Shown here piece by piece: positions 9,545 through 19,676 of a stretch of 64,000 nt of DNA (its first letter is position 1; every line of letters begins with the position of its first letter). The notes below the pieces were generated by a model that was not told where the DNA came from, searched no databases, and saw nothing but the letters and a program-made list of their open reading frames with translations. This DNA comes from Burkholderiales bacterium. GTDB lineage: Bacteria > Pseudomonadota > Gammaproteobacteria > Burkholderiales > JBILQJ01. The position numbers were made by a program, and so were the translations under genes. The stretch covers positions 10,115 through 74,114 of the forward strand of contig JBILQJ010000004.1 in assembly GCA_044373325.1 (NCBI GenBank). Reading direction: 5' to 3'.

Positions 9545-11344
9545 TTATTGGCATGCTAGACACTCATCATTTTCGATTAACTTGTGTAGGTCGATGGCCT
9601 CTTCTATTTTTTCTCTTACTATTTGTTGTCCAACGCGATCGGCTTTTCTAAGCTTATCGCTGCGACAATAATAAAGAGACTTAAGCCCTTTTTTCCAAGC
9701 CTGAAAATGAATGGCATGTAAGTATTTGATGTGGACATCAGGACGAAAAAACACATTGACGCTTTGACCTTGATCAATAAACGCTTGCCTATCCCCTGCT
9801 AATTCGATGATCCAGCGTTGATCGATTTCTACGGCTGTTTTGTAGATGTCTTTGGTTGCCTGATCCAACCAGGCTAAATGTGACACTGAGCCATCATGCG
9901 CAATAATAGAAGCCCACACTTCGTCGATGTCGATTTGCAATTCATCGCATTTCTTGTTGAGTATCTTTTCAAGAAAACGATTTTTATAGACCGATGCACC
10001 TGACAGCGTGTCTTGCCGAAAAACATTGGCACGATAGGGCTCTATGCTCGGAGACGTGTTACCCATAATTAAAGAAGAAGACGCATTGGGCGCGATGCTG
10101 GTCGTGTGAGAGAAACGGAGTGTTAATCCTGATTTTTCAGCATCTGGGCATGCCCCACGCGCCTGTGCAAGCGCTACATTGGCGATATCCATTTTTTCTT
10201 TGATGTGTTTGAAGAGCTTTATGTTGATTGATTTAGCAAGCGCACTTTCAAAAGGCACGCCTGATTTTTGTAGGTAAGCATGAAACCCCAGTGCGCCCAC
10301 ACCAATTGAGCGTTCTTGTTGCGCAGAGAACTTTGCTCGGCTGATGGCATCAGGCGCATTATCAATAAAATACTGCAAGACATTATCGAGCATTTCCGCA
10401 ACGTCTTTGATGAACAGCTGATTCGTTTTCCAGTCTTCAAAATATTCCAAATTTAATGAAGAAAGGCAACATACGGCGGTTCTTTCTTTGTTGGTTGGTA
10501 AAAAGATTTCTGTGCAAAGATTTGAACCATTGATTTTTAATCCCAGATTTTTTAAATGCTGCGGCAGTGCATGATTTGCGCTATCAATAAAACACAAATA
10601 GGGTTCACCTGTTTGGATGCGCATTTCAATAATGCGCTGCCATAAGGCTTTTGCCGATACCGTTTCGCGTATGACACCCGTTTTTGCATCACGTAAATGC
10701 CAGCTGTCGTCCGTGTTTGGTTGCAGCATGCATCGTTCGATAATGGACATGAAATCGTCAGTCACGTTAATGCCATGATGAAGATTGGTGCAGCGCATAT
10801 TTTGATCGCCTGTCGGTTTGCGCATTTCTAAAAACTGGATGATGTCGGGATGGTTAATATCAAGGTAAGCGGCATATGAGCCACGGCGCGTGTTCCCTTG
10901 GCGATAGGCTAAAGAGGACGCATCATAAATTTTTAAGTGCGGCATGATGCCCGTTGATTTCGAATCGGCTGCCCGTATCCCCAAATGTATTCCCACGCCA
11001 CCACCAAGCATGGACAGCCAGTTGGTTTCGCTAAGCGCATCCACCAAGCCCTCTGCGGAATCGTCGATAAAATTCAGAAAACAAGAAATCGGCAAGCCTT
11101 TTTGCGAACGACCAAAAGAAAGAATCGGCGTAGAGTAGCTTAGCCAATGTTTAGAAGCATACTCATACAAGCGTTGAGCGTGAGCTAAGTTGCTGCTAAA
11201 TTGTTGTGAGACAAACGCAAAACGTTCTTGAGGCGATGTTTCTTCTTCTAGCATATAAGATTCTTTGAGTCTTTTATAACCCAATTCATCAAACAGACGG
11301 TCTCTATCAAAATCAATATGAATGCCATTATTTAATTTCATCAT
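9545..11344 (-). CDS. nrdA: class I ribonucleotide reductase alpha subunit, short form without N-terminal ATP-cone
   Basis: 599 aa with the catalytic GSNLCTEI loop and a C-terminal redox pair CLAC. There is no ATP-cone-like N-terminus. Confidence 0.8.
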   Translation of the reverse strand: MMKLNNGIHIDFDRDRLFDELGYKRLKESYMLEEETSPQERFAFVSQQFSSNLAHAQRLYEYASKHWLSYSTPILSFGRSQKGLPISCFLNFIDDSAEGLVDALSETNWLSMLGGGVGIHLGIRAADSKSTGIMPHLKIYDASSLAYRQGNTRRGSYAAYLDINHPDIIQFLEMRKPTGDQNMRCTNLHHGINVTDDFMSIIERCMLQPNTDDSWHLRDAKTGVIRETVSAKALWQRIIEMRIQTGEPYLCFIDSANHALPQHLKNLGLKINGSNLCTEIFLPTNKERTAVCCLSSLNLEYFEDWKTNQLFIKDVAEMLDNVLQYFIDNAPDAISRAKFSAQQERSIGVGALGFHAYLQKSGVPFESALAKSINIKLFKHIKEKMDIANVALAQARGACPDAEKSGLTLRFSHTTSIAPNASSSLIMGNTSPSIEPYRANVFRQDTLSGASVYKNRFLEKILNKKCDELQIDIDEVWASIIAHDGSVSHLAWLDQATKDIYKTAVEIDQRWIIELAGDRQAFIDQGQSVNVFFRPDVHIKYLHAIHFQAWKKGLKSLYYCRSDKLRKADRVGQQIVREKIEEAIDLHKLIENDECLACQ

Positions 11345-11439
11345 AGTTTAATTGCCTTCATTATGAAGCAATGCCCTTAAAGTTTATTTAAAATCAGGGA
11401 AAAAGGTTGGCCGCAAAGGTTTTTGAGCTGGACGGCAAC

Positions 11440-13341
11440 TTACAAACCTTGATAACGCAATGCTAAGAAGGCGTTGCGACCGTCGGTGTTGTAACCGTAA
11501 GTTTGTGTGGTGTCGGCATTGGTGAGATTGTTGAGGCGCGCGTTGAGTGTCCAACGTGGATTGATGGGGTAATTGAGCGACACATTAAACACGTGATAAG
11601 CAGGCAGGGTTTGCGTGCCCGCGCCGTACACGTAATCCAAACGTTGGCCGCTGTATTGCCATTCTGCGCCCAAAGTCGCCAAATCGTCGCCTGCGTCTAG
11701 GTCATATTGCAGCTTAAGGTTGCTCACAAAATCGGCGCGGCGCGCTAAAGGGCGCGACAATTCTCGGTCATAAGCGTCTTGTTTGGTGGCGTTAAAATCC
11801 AATCGCCAAGCTTCGTGTGACACTTTGGCCGCAAAGGTGAGGCCTTGAATGGCGGCTTGTTGATTGTAAGCATAATCCCCTTGATAACTAATCAGGTTGT
11901 CGATGACTTGGTTGAAATAGGTGAGCGTGGCACTTTTGCCGACACTTTGCCAAATCACGCCCAACTCGCCACTTTTGGCCGTTTCGGGTTGTAAATTGGG
12001 GTTGCCGTAACGTGGCCAATATAAATCATTGAAAGTCGGTACTTTATAAGCCGTGCCAGCGCTGGCACGCAAGCGCCAATTGGGATTTAGGGTGTAACCA
12101 TACGCCAAATTGCCCGTCGTTTTGCCTTGAAAAACATCGCTATTGTCGTAGCGCAGCGCGGTTTCCACGCTGTGCAAACCTGTGGTTAGCGCATAAAGCC
12201 CAAATACGGCTTGCGTGCGCCGCTCGGTTTCGGCATAAGCAATACTGGAATCCACTTGTTGATGTTGCGCTTCTAAGCCCCAGCTGATTTTGCCGGCGGT
12301 GGGGCTTAAATTGACATCGTGTTGCCAATTGAGCGTTTGTACCTTGGTTGTGTAATTGTCGTTTTCGCTAAAAGTGGTGTCGCCCAATTCGTTGCGGCCA
12401 AGGTCTTGGCTGAGGCTCAAGGTCAGTTTGCTTAACCAATCGGGCTTGATTTGATTGAGTAATTGCACATGACCGCTGGTGAGAGCGCTTTTTTCAACAT
12501 CTCGCCCCGTGGGACTTTGATCGTAATCGCTGCTGCTGTTGCTGTAAAAAAACTGCGCTTGTAACGCATCGTTTGCACTGAGTTGATACGCCAATCTGCC
12601 CGTTACGGCGGCGTTAGAATACGGATCTTTGTCTGGATTGTGAGCGCTCCAAGCGGTGTCGGATTGTGCATTTTGGGCTGAAAATCCCGAATTGGCTTCC
12701 GCACTTATGGCCAAACTGCCTTGTAATTGAGGGCGTTGATTGATGAGGGTGCTGCCCTGAAAACTTTTGGACAGCGAGCCTTTCACCAGCCCGTAACTGC
12801 CTGCGCCCAAGCTGGCCGCCCAGCCTGAATTGGCCGAGTGATTTTTAGTGAACAATTGGATGACACCGCCCAAGGCATCTGCGCCGTACAAGGTGCTGGC
12901 GGGGCCGCGTAAAATTTCTATGCGCGCAATGTGTTCTAAAGGAATGTGATGCAAAGCCGCCGCACCCGTGGTGGCCGATAAAATGCGCACACCATCCACT
13001 AAAATGACGGTGTGTTTGCCGTTGGTGCCGCGCAAATACAAGTCAGTTACTTTGGCAGTGCCGCCTTGGCTGGCGACTTCTACGCCAGCTTGTTGCGCCA
13101 ACAGTTGCACCAAATCCGTCACGCCTGAGGTTTTGATGTCGTTTTCGGTGATGACGGTCACGTCGCGCAGACTTTTATTGAGCGCTTGAGGCGAGCGAGT
13201 GGCGGTGACCACCATTTCTTCAGGCGGATTATTTTCTGCATAAATGGACGTGCTGTTTAAGGCCATTAAGGCGGCCAAAGTTGCCAAACGTAAAGCTGGG
13301 CCGCATTTTTGGTGCGTTGGTAAAATCAGATGCGTTTTCAT
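11440..13341 (-). CDS. btuB: TonB-dependent receptor, BtuB-like (vitamin B12)
   Basis: 633 aa with a signal peptide, TonB box EEMVVTATR, a plug plus beta-barrel, and a C-terminal aromatic end (RYQGL). A cobalamin riboswitch precedes it. Confidence 0.8.
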   Translation of the reverse strand: MKTHLILPTHQKCGPALRLATLAALMALNSTSIYAENNPPEEMVVTATRSPQALNKSLRDVTVITENDIKTSGVTDLVQLLAQQAGVEVASQGGTAKVTDLYLRGTNGKHTVILVDGVRILSATTGAAALHHIPLEHIARIEILRGPASTLYGADALGGVIQLFTKNHSANSGWAASLGAGSYGLVKGSLSKSFQGSTLINQRPQLQGSLAISAEANSGFSAQNAQSDTAWSAHNPDKDPYSNAAVTGRLAYQLSANDALQAQFFYSNSSSDYDQSPTGRDVEKSALTSGHVQLLNQIKPDWLSKLTLSLSQDLGRNELGDTTFSENDNYTTKVQTLNWQHDVNLSPTAGKISWGLEAQHQQVDSSIAYAETERRTQAVFGLYALTTGLHSVETALRYDNSDVFQGKTTGNLAYGYTLNPNWRLRASAGTAYKVPTFNDLYWPRYGNPNLQPETAKSGELGVIWQSVGKSATLTYFNQVIDNLISYQGDYAYNQQAAIQGLTFAAKVSHEAWRLDFNATKQDAYDRELSRPLARRADFVSNLKLQYDLDAGDDLATLGAEWQYSGQRLDYVYGAGTQTLPAYHVFNVSLNYPINPRWTLNARLNNLTNADTTQTYGYNTDGRNAFLALRYQGL

Positions 13342-13504
13342 GATAAAACACCCTCCGTGTTTGTGGTGAGATCATCAAACGTTGCAAGGCTTTCTTGTGA
13401 GTCTAAAACGACAGGCACAAAAAAACCGCTACTCGACAAATCGAGTCAGCGGGAGAGAAATGAAATAAATAATTGTCCAGCGATAGCCGTGAATCGGCAA
13501 AAGC

Positions 13505-13735
13505 AGCAATCCGTTATTCCGTTGCCACCCCGCAACGTTTGTTCGGCACACAATCATTTGTGTGGCTTCGAGCAGGTTTCCGGACTCACTTTACTCTGTT
13601 TTTCCCTTCCCAGCCTAAGCCAGTGGTTCATAAAAAACAGCGTTTTGCAGGAGGCAAAACAAGTTACCGTTGCGGGGGCAGTATGGGGTTTTCACCCATT
13701 TCCCTAAACTCTGAAGCGTCGCCATTGTAAGCGAA
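13505..13735 (-). promoter_or_regulatory. cobalamin riboswitch in the btuB leader (boundaries approximate)
   Basis: The minus strand reads AGGGAAATGGGTGAAAACCCCATACTGCCCCCGCAACGGTAA ... CCACTGG ... GGGAAGG ... AGTCCGGAAACCTGC (B12-box region). These are canonical conserved blocks of the cobalamin riboswitch. Confidence 0.8.
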
Positions 13736-13743
13736 TTTACCCC

Positions 13744-13790
13744 TTGCGGCCAACCTTTTTCCGATTTTGGTGGAAAAAGGTTGGCCGCAA
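13744..13790. repeat. inverted pair of the 12-mer
   Basis: ttgcggccaacc-tttttccgattttggtggaaaaa-ggttggccgcaa. Confidence 0.9.
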
Positions 13791-13833
13791 GGGGTAACAA
13801 TCGGGTTTAACGATTGAACTGAACAAGTTGAAC

Positions 13834-14808
13834 TTAATGGTTGCGCTGTATGGATAACTGCGCCAACTCTATCAAGGCTGTTTTGGCGGGTGTGTCGGGC
13901 AAGGGTGCTAAAGCGGCAATGGCAACCTCCACCGCTGTTTGGGCTTGGGCGTAAGTGGCATCTAATGCGCCCGTGCGCCTTACCGCCGCCAATACTTGGG
14001 GAAACAAACTGGCGTCGCCCTCTTTTAAAGCGTTTGCAATCAGGACTTTTTCATCTTCCGACCCGTGGCGCATGGCGTAAATTAAAGGCAAAGTCACTTT
14101 ACCTTCGCCTAAATCATCGCCTAGACTTTTGCCCAGCACCGCCGCATCGCCCGTGTAATCGAGGATGTCATCTACAATTTGAAAAGCAACCCCTAAATTT
14201 AACCCATAATCGGCCAAGGCTTGTTCTTCTATTGGATTTGCGCCAGCAATGACCGCGCCAATTTGCGCGGCAGATTCAAATAATTTGGCAGTTTTGTAAC
14301 GAATGACTTGGAGGTAATCGTTTTCGGTTAAGTCAATTTCACCGATGTTGAGCAGCTGCAACACTTCGCCTTCGGCAATGACGTTGGTGGTGTTGGACAT
14401 GATGGTCACCACGCGCATACTGTCGCTGGCCACCATCATTTGAAAAGCTCGTGAATACAAGAAATCACCGACCAAAACGCTGGCCGCATTGCCAAACATC
14501 GCATTGGCCGTTTGACGGCCACGGCGCATTTCGGACTCATCGACCACGTCGTCGTGCAATAACGTCGCAGTGTGGATGAACTCTATCATGGCGGCCGTTG
14601 TGTACAATTTATCGTCGGCACAAGACAAAGCAGAACCTGCCAACAACACCAAAGTGGGGCGCAGACGCTTGCCACCGCTGGCGACGATGTAATCCGCCAT
14701 TTGCCGTATCAAAACCACATCAGAATGGAGTGAACGTCTTATGACGGCATCAACCGTTTGCATGCCTTCACGGGTGAGGGTTTGATAAAGAGGAATAGGA
14801 TTAGGCAT
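13834..14808 (-). CDS. ispB: octaprenyl-diphosphate synthase
   Basis: Polyprenyl synthase Asp-rich motifs LLHDDVVDES and QIVDDILD; 324 aa. Confidence 0.9.
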   Translation of the reverse strand: MPNPIPLYQTLTREGMQTVDAVIRRSLHSDVVLIRQMADYIVASGGKRLRPTLVLLAGSALSCADDKLYTTAAMIEFIHTATLLHDDVVDESEMRRGRQTANAMFGNAASVLVGDFLYSRAFQMMVASDSMRVVTIMSNTTNVIAEGEVLQLLNIGEIDLTENDYLQVIRYKTAKLFESAAQIGAVIAGANPIEEQALADYGLNLGVAFQIVDDILDYTGDAAVLGKSLGDDLGEGKVTLPLIYAMRHGSEDEKVLIANALKEGDASLFPQVLAAVRRTGALDATYAQAQTAVEVAIAALAPLPDTPAKTALIELAQLSIQRNH

Positions 14809-14858
14809 AAGTCATTTTTTTGGGTGTACATTTTTTGGCGTGCGGCGTGATTGGCGCA

Positions 14859-15251
14859 TCAAACAATATTTGGCTGGGCGGCGTGAGGCTGGGCTGGAGC
14901 AGGCGCTAAGGCCAGTTCAACCAGTGCCAACATTTCAGTCAATTCGGTACGCACTTCGCTTGCGCTAAAATAAGACTTGGGCGCAAGGTCTCCTGACTGG
15001 ATTTGTTGCAAAGCCGCTGAAATCGTAAAGCCATCATCGACCAACAAATGCCTTATGCGCCGCGCTAACAATACGTCTTTGCGCTGATAATACAAGCGTC
15101 CGCTGCGAGCGGTCGCCTGTAAAGGCGAAAATTCTTGTTCCCAATATCGTAAAATATGAGGAGCCACACCAGCCAATGTCGCCACTTCTTCTAAAGTGAA
15201 GTAGCGTTTTGCGGGTATGGCCAGTAAATCAGGCTGCGGTTTTGCCTGCAT
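14859..15251 (-). CDS. MerR-family transcriptional regulator
   Basis: N-terminal [28 protein letters not shown]. It overlaps the 3' end of ihfA. Confidence 0.75.
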   Translation of the reverse strand: MQAKPQPDLLAIPAKRYFTLEEVATLAGVAPHILRYWEQEFSPLQATARSGRLYYQRKDVLLARRIRHLLVDDGFTISAALQQIQSGDLAPKSYFSASEVRTELTEMLALVELALAPAPAQPHAAQPNIV

Positions 15252-15534
15252 TTTTTTGCTCCACCATGGTTTTTAGTTTTTGGCTGGCGTGAAAAGTCAC
15301 TACTCGGCGCGCGGAAACAGCGACTTCTTCCCCTGTTTTTGGATTGCGACCAGGGCGTTCGGGTTTGGTGCGCAGTTCAAAGTTACCAAAACCTGATAAT
15401 TTGACGGCATCGCCCGACTCAAGGGCTAGGCGTATTTCTTCAAAAAATAGTTCAACGAAGTCTTTGCCGTCGCGTTTAGGAAGGTGAGCTTTGTCGCTAA
15501 GGATTTCAGCCAATTCTGCTTTTGTTAAGGTCAT
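15229..15534 (-). CDS. ihfA: integration host factor alpha subunit (start at the internal [11 protein letters not shown])
   Basis: [15 protein letters not shown]...[24 protein letters not shown] is the classic IHF/HU fold sequence. Confidence 0.9.
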   Translation of the reverse strand: MTLTKAELAEILSDKAHLPKRDGKDFVELFFEEIRLALESGDAVKLSGFGNFELRTKPERPGRNPKTGEEVAVSARRVVTFHASQKLKTMVEQKNAGKTAA

Positions 15535-15830
15535 GATAACTCTCTTCTTAAGTGTATTAATTGTAAAAATAAAAAACGGGGCACGGCGTGATGATGCAGG
15601 AGGTGATTGATGAGGCAACTCAAAAAATTGACCAAGTCAACTTGTGTATCACAAGATCAACTTGGTGGTTTTAGGTTTAAATCATAGGGTTGCAATTTTA
15701 ATCGTTTAATCCATTTTAATAAAGCTTTTTTATTGGTTTTTCTTTATTTTTTGAGGCAATCAAGTCATAATGCGCCGGTTTTACCGTTCGTTCACTTTTT
15801 TTAAGCAAGTATTTTATAAGGAAAAGTACC

Positions 15831-16406
15831 ATGAATTTATTAGAAAACATCGTTAACCACAACAAAAAATACGTAGAGTCAAAAGCTTACACAACATTAG
15901 AAAGTGATAAGTTTCCAGACAAACACTTGGCATTGGTGGCGTGTATGGATGCCCGTTTGGTGGAGCTTTTGCCACAGGCGATGGGTTTAAAAAATGGCGA
16001 TGCGACCTTGATTAAAAATGCAGGTGCGTTGATTACGCACCCTTGGGGTTCGGTGATGCGCAGCTTGCTGATAGCTATTTATCAATTGAATGCGAAAGAA
16101 ATTTGTATCGTTGCGCACCATGATTGCGGCGTGAAAGGCATAGACCCCGAGCAAGTATTAACCAAAGCCAAAGCGCATGGCATCAGCGATGAAACCATCA
16201 AAACCTTAATGTCAGCGGGCATAGACTTAATGGCTTGGCTAAAGGGCTTTGATAAAGTAGAAGACAGCGTGCGCCACACCGTTGAGACGGTGCGCAGCCA
16301 TCCTTTAATTCCAAAAGACGTACCTGTGCATGGCTTGGTGATACACCCCGGCACGGGGCAATTAACCATATTAGTTAATGGTTATGATACGCTGGTATCA
16401 GCTTAA
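15831..16406 (+). CDS. beta-class carbonic anhydrase family protein
   Basis: Zinc-ligand pattern CMDAR ... HHDCG. Confidence 0.7.
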   Translation: MNLLENIVNHNKKYVESKAYTTLESDKFPDKHLALVACMDARLVELLPQAMGLKNGDATLIKNAGALITHPWGSVMRSLLIAIYQLNAKEICIVAHHDCGVKGIDPEQVLTKAKAHGISDETIKTLMSAGIDLMAWLKGFDKVEDSVRHTVETVRSHPLIPKDVPVHGLVIHPGTGQLTILVNGYDTLVSA

Positions 16407-16433
16407 GCCATTTAAACCAGTATTTTTTCGGAC

Positions 16434-16482
16434 TTGCGGCCAACCTTTTTTCTGAAAAATCAGTGAAAAAGGTTGGCCGCAA
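16434..16482. repeat. inverted pair of the 12-mer
   Basis: ttgcggccaacc-ttttttctgaaaaatcagtgaaaaa-ggttggccgcaa. Confidence 0.9.
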
Positions 16483-16486
16483 GGTT

Positions 16487-17053
16487 TTATTGTGTCAAGG
16501 CCACAATTTGCGCACGGGCAGCAGCCAAGGCCGAGTCTTTCAAACCCATGCCAACGCCTTCGGCACGAATGATGGTGATGTCTTTGAGGCCAATAAAGCC
16601 CAAGACGGTTTCTAAATAACGTTCTTGAAAGTCTACGCTTGGGTTGTCGTTGGTGGGTACGCCAGAATGTACGCCGCCTCGCCCAGAAACGAGATAGACT
16701 TTTTTGTTTTCAAGCAAACCCACAGGGCCTGTTTCTGTATATTTAAAGGTTTGCCCGACCGCGACGATGTGATCTATCCACGCTTTGAGTTGGCTGGGGA
16801 CGCTAAAGTTATACATGGGCGCACCAATGACGATGACATCGGCAGCAAATAATTCTTCTAAAGCCAAACTGCGTGCAGGCGTGCCACCCAACATATCAAC
16901 CGTTAAATGCGGCAAGGGGTGGCTGACCACGTCGCGATAAGTCATGCGGCTGTTGGGTTGGCTGGCCTGCAAAGCGGCGGTGAGTTCAGCACCAAGTAGA
17001 CGCGTCACGGATTGTTCGCCTAGGATACTGCTGTCTATGTGTAAAATGTGCAT
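16487..17053 (-). CDS. azoR: FMN-dependent NADH-azoreductase
   Basis: 188-aa flavodoxin-like protein with MHILHIDSS... and the PMYNFSVPSQLKAWIDH motif. Confidence 0.85.
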   Translation of the reverse strand: MHILHIDSSILGEQSVTRLLGAELTAALQASQPNSRMTYRDVVSHPLPHLTVDMLGGTPARSLALEELFAADVIVIGAPMYNFSVPSQLKAWIDHIVAVGQTFKYTETGPVGLLENKKVYLVSGRGGVHSGVPTNDNPSVDFQERYLETVLGFIGLKDITIIRAEGVGMGLKDSALAAARAQIVALTQ

Positions 17054-17275
17054 TTGTCCGACTCCTGTTTGAGTGAAAATGGTATGAATACATGAACGAT
17101 GCGCTTCAGCGTGTCTTTGCTGAACTAGCCTTTCGATTATAGGTTGATTATTGGTGTTTTTACTAGGGCTTTAATTGGATCTCGCCTAGAGAAAGATGCC
17201 TAAACCCAGTGCGCTGCGTGGTATCATGCGGTTTTTATTTTTTTAGACCATGCTTCTTTATTGAATCGACACGTT

Positions 17276-18733
17276 ATGACCGATTTTTATGCTTTATTTC
17301 GCGCCCATTTGAGCGCCCATTTGCCTCAAGAAACCCATTGGGGCATTGCTTTGTCTGGTGGCGTGGATTCTGTCGTATTGCTGGATTTGTTGGCGCGCGC
17401 CCTCAACGAGCCGCAAGGCAAACAGCCCGCCTTAAAAGCCAAAGGCATCGAGTTGAGTGCTTTGCACGTCAATCACGGACTGAACCCGCAAGCCCCAGTT
17501 TGGGCAGCGCATTGCGCCGAGTTGTGCGCCAAACTTTGTGTGCCTTTTACGGTGATGTTTGTCGATTGTGGTTTGGCCGAAGGGGGTTCTGTCGAAGCCT
17601 TGGCTCGAGCAGCCCGATATGATGCCTTTGCGCGTTATGGTGCTCAATCGGGTGCGTCGGCCATGTTGTTGGCGCATCACGCCGATGACCTTGCCGAAAC
17701 CCAATTGTTACAAATATTGCGCGGCGCGGGTGTCAAAGGTTTGGCGTCCATGCCTGCCAAACGTTACGCCAACGCCGATGCGCCCCAATTAATTTGGCGA
17801 CCTTTATTGCCGTTTACCCGTGCCCAAATCGTGGCTTATGCGCACGAACGCGGCCTCACTTGGGTGGAAGATGACAGCAATCAAAATAGACGTTTTACGC
17901 GCAATGCGCTGCGCCACGACGTGATGCCACATATTGCGCAAATGTGGCCGCATTATCGCCAACATTTGGCCAGAAGTGCGCTGTTGTGTGCCGATTCGGC
18001 CAGTGTTTTAGAAGAAGTCGCGCAACTGGATGCGGCCAACTGCGCCGACACCAACGGCTTAATGCAAGGGTTGAATTTAGAAGCTTGTTTGCGCTTGTCG
18101 CCGCCTAGACAACGCTTGTTATTACAGTTTTTTTTACAGCAACAAGCCTTTTTTATGCCAACGCCGCAGGCTTTAGAAGATTTTCGGCGGCAATTAAACG
18201 ACAGTCGTGCGCAAACGTCCCCTTATTTGATTTTGCAAACCCAAGCGCGCGCCCATCAAAATCACGCCGCGCAAAAAAAAGCCACAGGCGTATTGATACG
18301 CTACCGCAATTTGGTGGTGGCTGCGCCTGTCGATGTGTTGGCCGATCAACCGCTACAAGAGCATTTGAAGCTTGATGGTGTGGGCGTTTATCCCTTGACT
18401 CAATTGGGCGGTGCTTTGCACATCAGCCTCGCTGCGCCGCATGAAATGGGCTTGCCTTTGTCGATTTTGCAAGACACTTTGCACATCAAATCCCGCACGG
18501 GCGGCGAGCTATTGGCGCAAAAGGTTGGCCGCAAACCCTTAAAAACGGTGATGCAAGACATGGGCATTCCACCCGTGTTACGTCAATATTGGCCTTTGAT
18601 TTACGACCAGCAACATACCTTATTGGCCGTTGCGAGTGGAGCTATGAGTTGTCATCATCAAGCGTTGGGCGGCGTTAAAGTGGCTTGGTTATGGACAAAT
18701 TTTTGTGAACAAGAAAGGGTGAACCATGCATAA
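17276..18733 (+). CDS. tilS: tRNA(Ile)-lysidine synthase
   Basis: PP-loop ALSGGVDSVVL. The ORF-track start at 17261 is TTG; the ATG is at 17276. Confidence 0.85.
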   Translation: MTDFYALFRAHLSAHLPQETHWGIALSGGVDSVVLLDLLARALNEPQGKQPALKAKGIELSALHVNHGLNPQAPVWAAHCAELCAKLCVPFTVMFVDCGLAEGGSVEALARAARYDAFARYGAQSGASAMLLAHHADDLAETQLLQILRGAGVKGLASMPAKRYANADAPQLIWRPLLPFTRAQIVAYAHERGLTWVEDDSNQNRRFTRNALRHDVMPHIAQMWPHYRQHLARSALLCADSASVLEEVAQLDAANCADTNGLMQGLNLEACLRLSPPRQRLLLQFFLQQQAFFMPTPQALEDFRRQLNDSRAQTSPYLILQTQARAHQNHAAQKKATGVLIRYRNLVVAAPVDVLADQPLQEHLKLDGVGVYPLTQLGGALHISLAAPHEMGLPLSILQDTLHIKSRTGGELLAQKVGRKPLKTVMQDMGIPPVLRQYWPLIYDQQHTLLAVASGAMSCHHQALGGVKVAWLWTNFCEQERVNHA

Positions 18734-19562
18734 AATGACAACAACCTTGCCTGTGGTTTTGTCTTTTGGCGCCAGTGATTCTTCTTCGGCGACGGGTGTC
18801 ATTGCCGATGCCATGACCTTGGTGAGTTTGGGCTGCTATCCAACCAGCGTCATCACCGCGGTGATGGCGGCCGACACGAGCGGTTCAGAACAATTGGTGT
18901 TAATCGACGAAGACATGATAGAGCAGCAAGCACGTTTGATTTTGGAAGACATGCCTGTGGCCGCTTTTAACATCGGATTAATCGGCAGTCTCGAAAATTT
19001 GAGCCGTGTGGCCGAAGTCATTGCCGATTATCCAGACATGGGCGTGGTGGTGGCTTTGGATTTGACCACCTTGAGTACCGATGAAACCGAAAGAGACGAT
19101 TTTTTTGATGCTTACAAACAAATGTTATTGACACAAACCAGCGTCTTGGTCGCCAATCAATACGATGTGATGCGCTTGTTTGCGCAAGAATTTGAAGGCT
19201 TGCCACCCGAAGACTGCGCGGCCCTATGCGCCCAAAAAATCATCGAATTGGGCTGCGAATATTTGGTGTTGACCGACAGCAATTTGGGTAAAACACAAAC
19301 CACCTTATTTAACTCTTCGGGTGAAGTGCGCCGCGATACGTGGCCGCGTTTTGAAGGGCAATTTCGCGGGATTAATGTCACATTGGCGGCTGCTTTGGCT
19401 GGGATGTTGGCCTCTGGTGCAGCGGTGCCTGAAGCGGTGCGAGATGCTCAAGAATATACTTGGGAAACCTTAAAAAACAGTTTGCGTTTGGGCATGGGTT
19501 CGTTGATTCCTGATCGCTTGTTTTGGGTACGTGACAACGACGACAACGAAGGCAAGGTTTAA
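18726..19562 (+). CDS. ThiD/ribokinase-family protein with a degenerate nucleotide-binding N-terminus
   Basis: Collinear with HMP-P kinase (VLSFGASDSSSATGVIADAMT vs the canonical IAGSDSGGGAGIQAD), but the GGGAG loop is replaced by SSSATG. Confidence 0.45.
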   Translation: MHKMTTTLPVVLSFGASDSSSATGVIADAMTLVSLGCYPTSVITAVMAADTSGSEQLVLIDEDMIEQQARLILEDMPVAAFNIGLIGSLENLSRVAEVIADYPDMGVVVALDLTTLSTDETERDDFFDAYKQMLLTQTSVLVANQYDVMRLFAQEFEGLPPEDCAALCAQKIIELGCEYLVLTDSNLGKTQTTLFNSSGEVRRDTWPRFEGQFRGINVTLAAALAGMLASGAAVPEAVRDAQEYTWETLKNSLRLGMGSLIPDRLFWVRDNDDNEGKV

Positions 19563-19571
19563 ATTAAAGCA

Positions 19572-19621
19572 TTGCGGCCAACCTTGTTAGCTCAAATTCT
19601 GCTGAAAAAGGTTGGCCACAA
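19572..19621. repeat. inverted pair of the 12-mer (right arm is the variant GGTTGGCCACAA)
   Basis: ttgcggccaacc-ttgttagctcaaattctgctgaaaaa-ggttggccacaa. Confidence 0.85.
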
Positions 19622-19676
19622 ACGATTTTTAAATGTTTTTTGTATTGAATGGCTAATTAAAAAAAGGGGGTAAATA

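Noticed and set aside
13615-13800. Many short track ORFs contain GWPQ, KGWPQ, CGQPF or LAANL peptides (for example 3546-3743, 13615-13800, 52302-52502, 57876-58175, 59466-59657).
   Set aside because: These peptides are just translations of the AAAGGTTGGCCGCAA hairpin repeats in intergenic DNA, not a protein family.
17209-17622. 137-aa ORF overlapping the tilS 5' region, and the upstream TTG/GTG-extended starts of several track ORFs (ubiB 21273, guaB 38526, rep 60084, rsmE 36779, ihfA 15618, rhlE 50374).
   Set aside because: Internal ATG codons preceded by good RBSs give N-termini that match the protein families. The extensions translate intergenic DNA or hairpin repeats.
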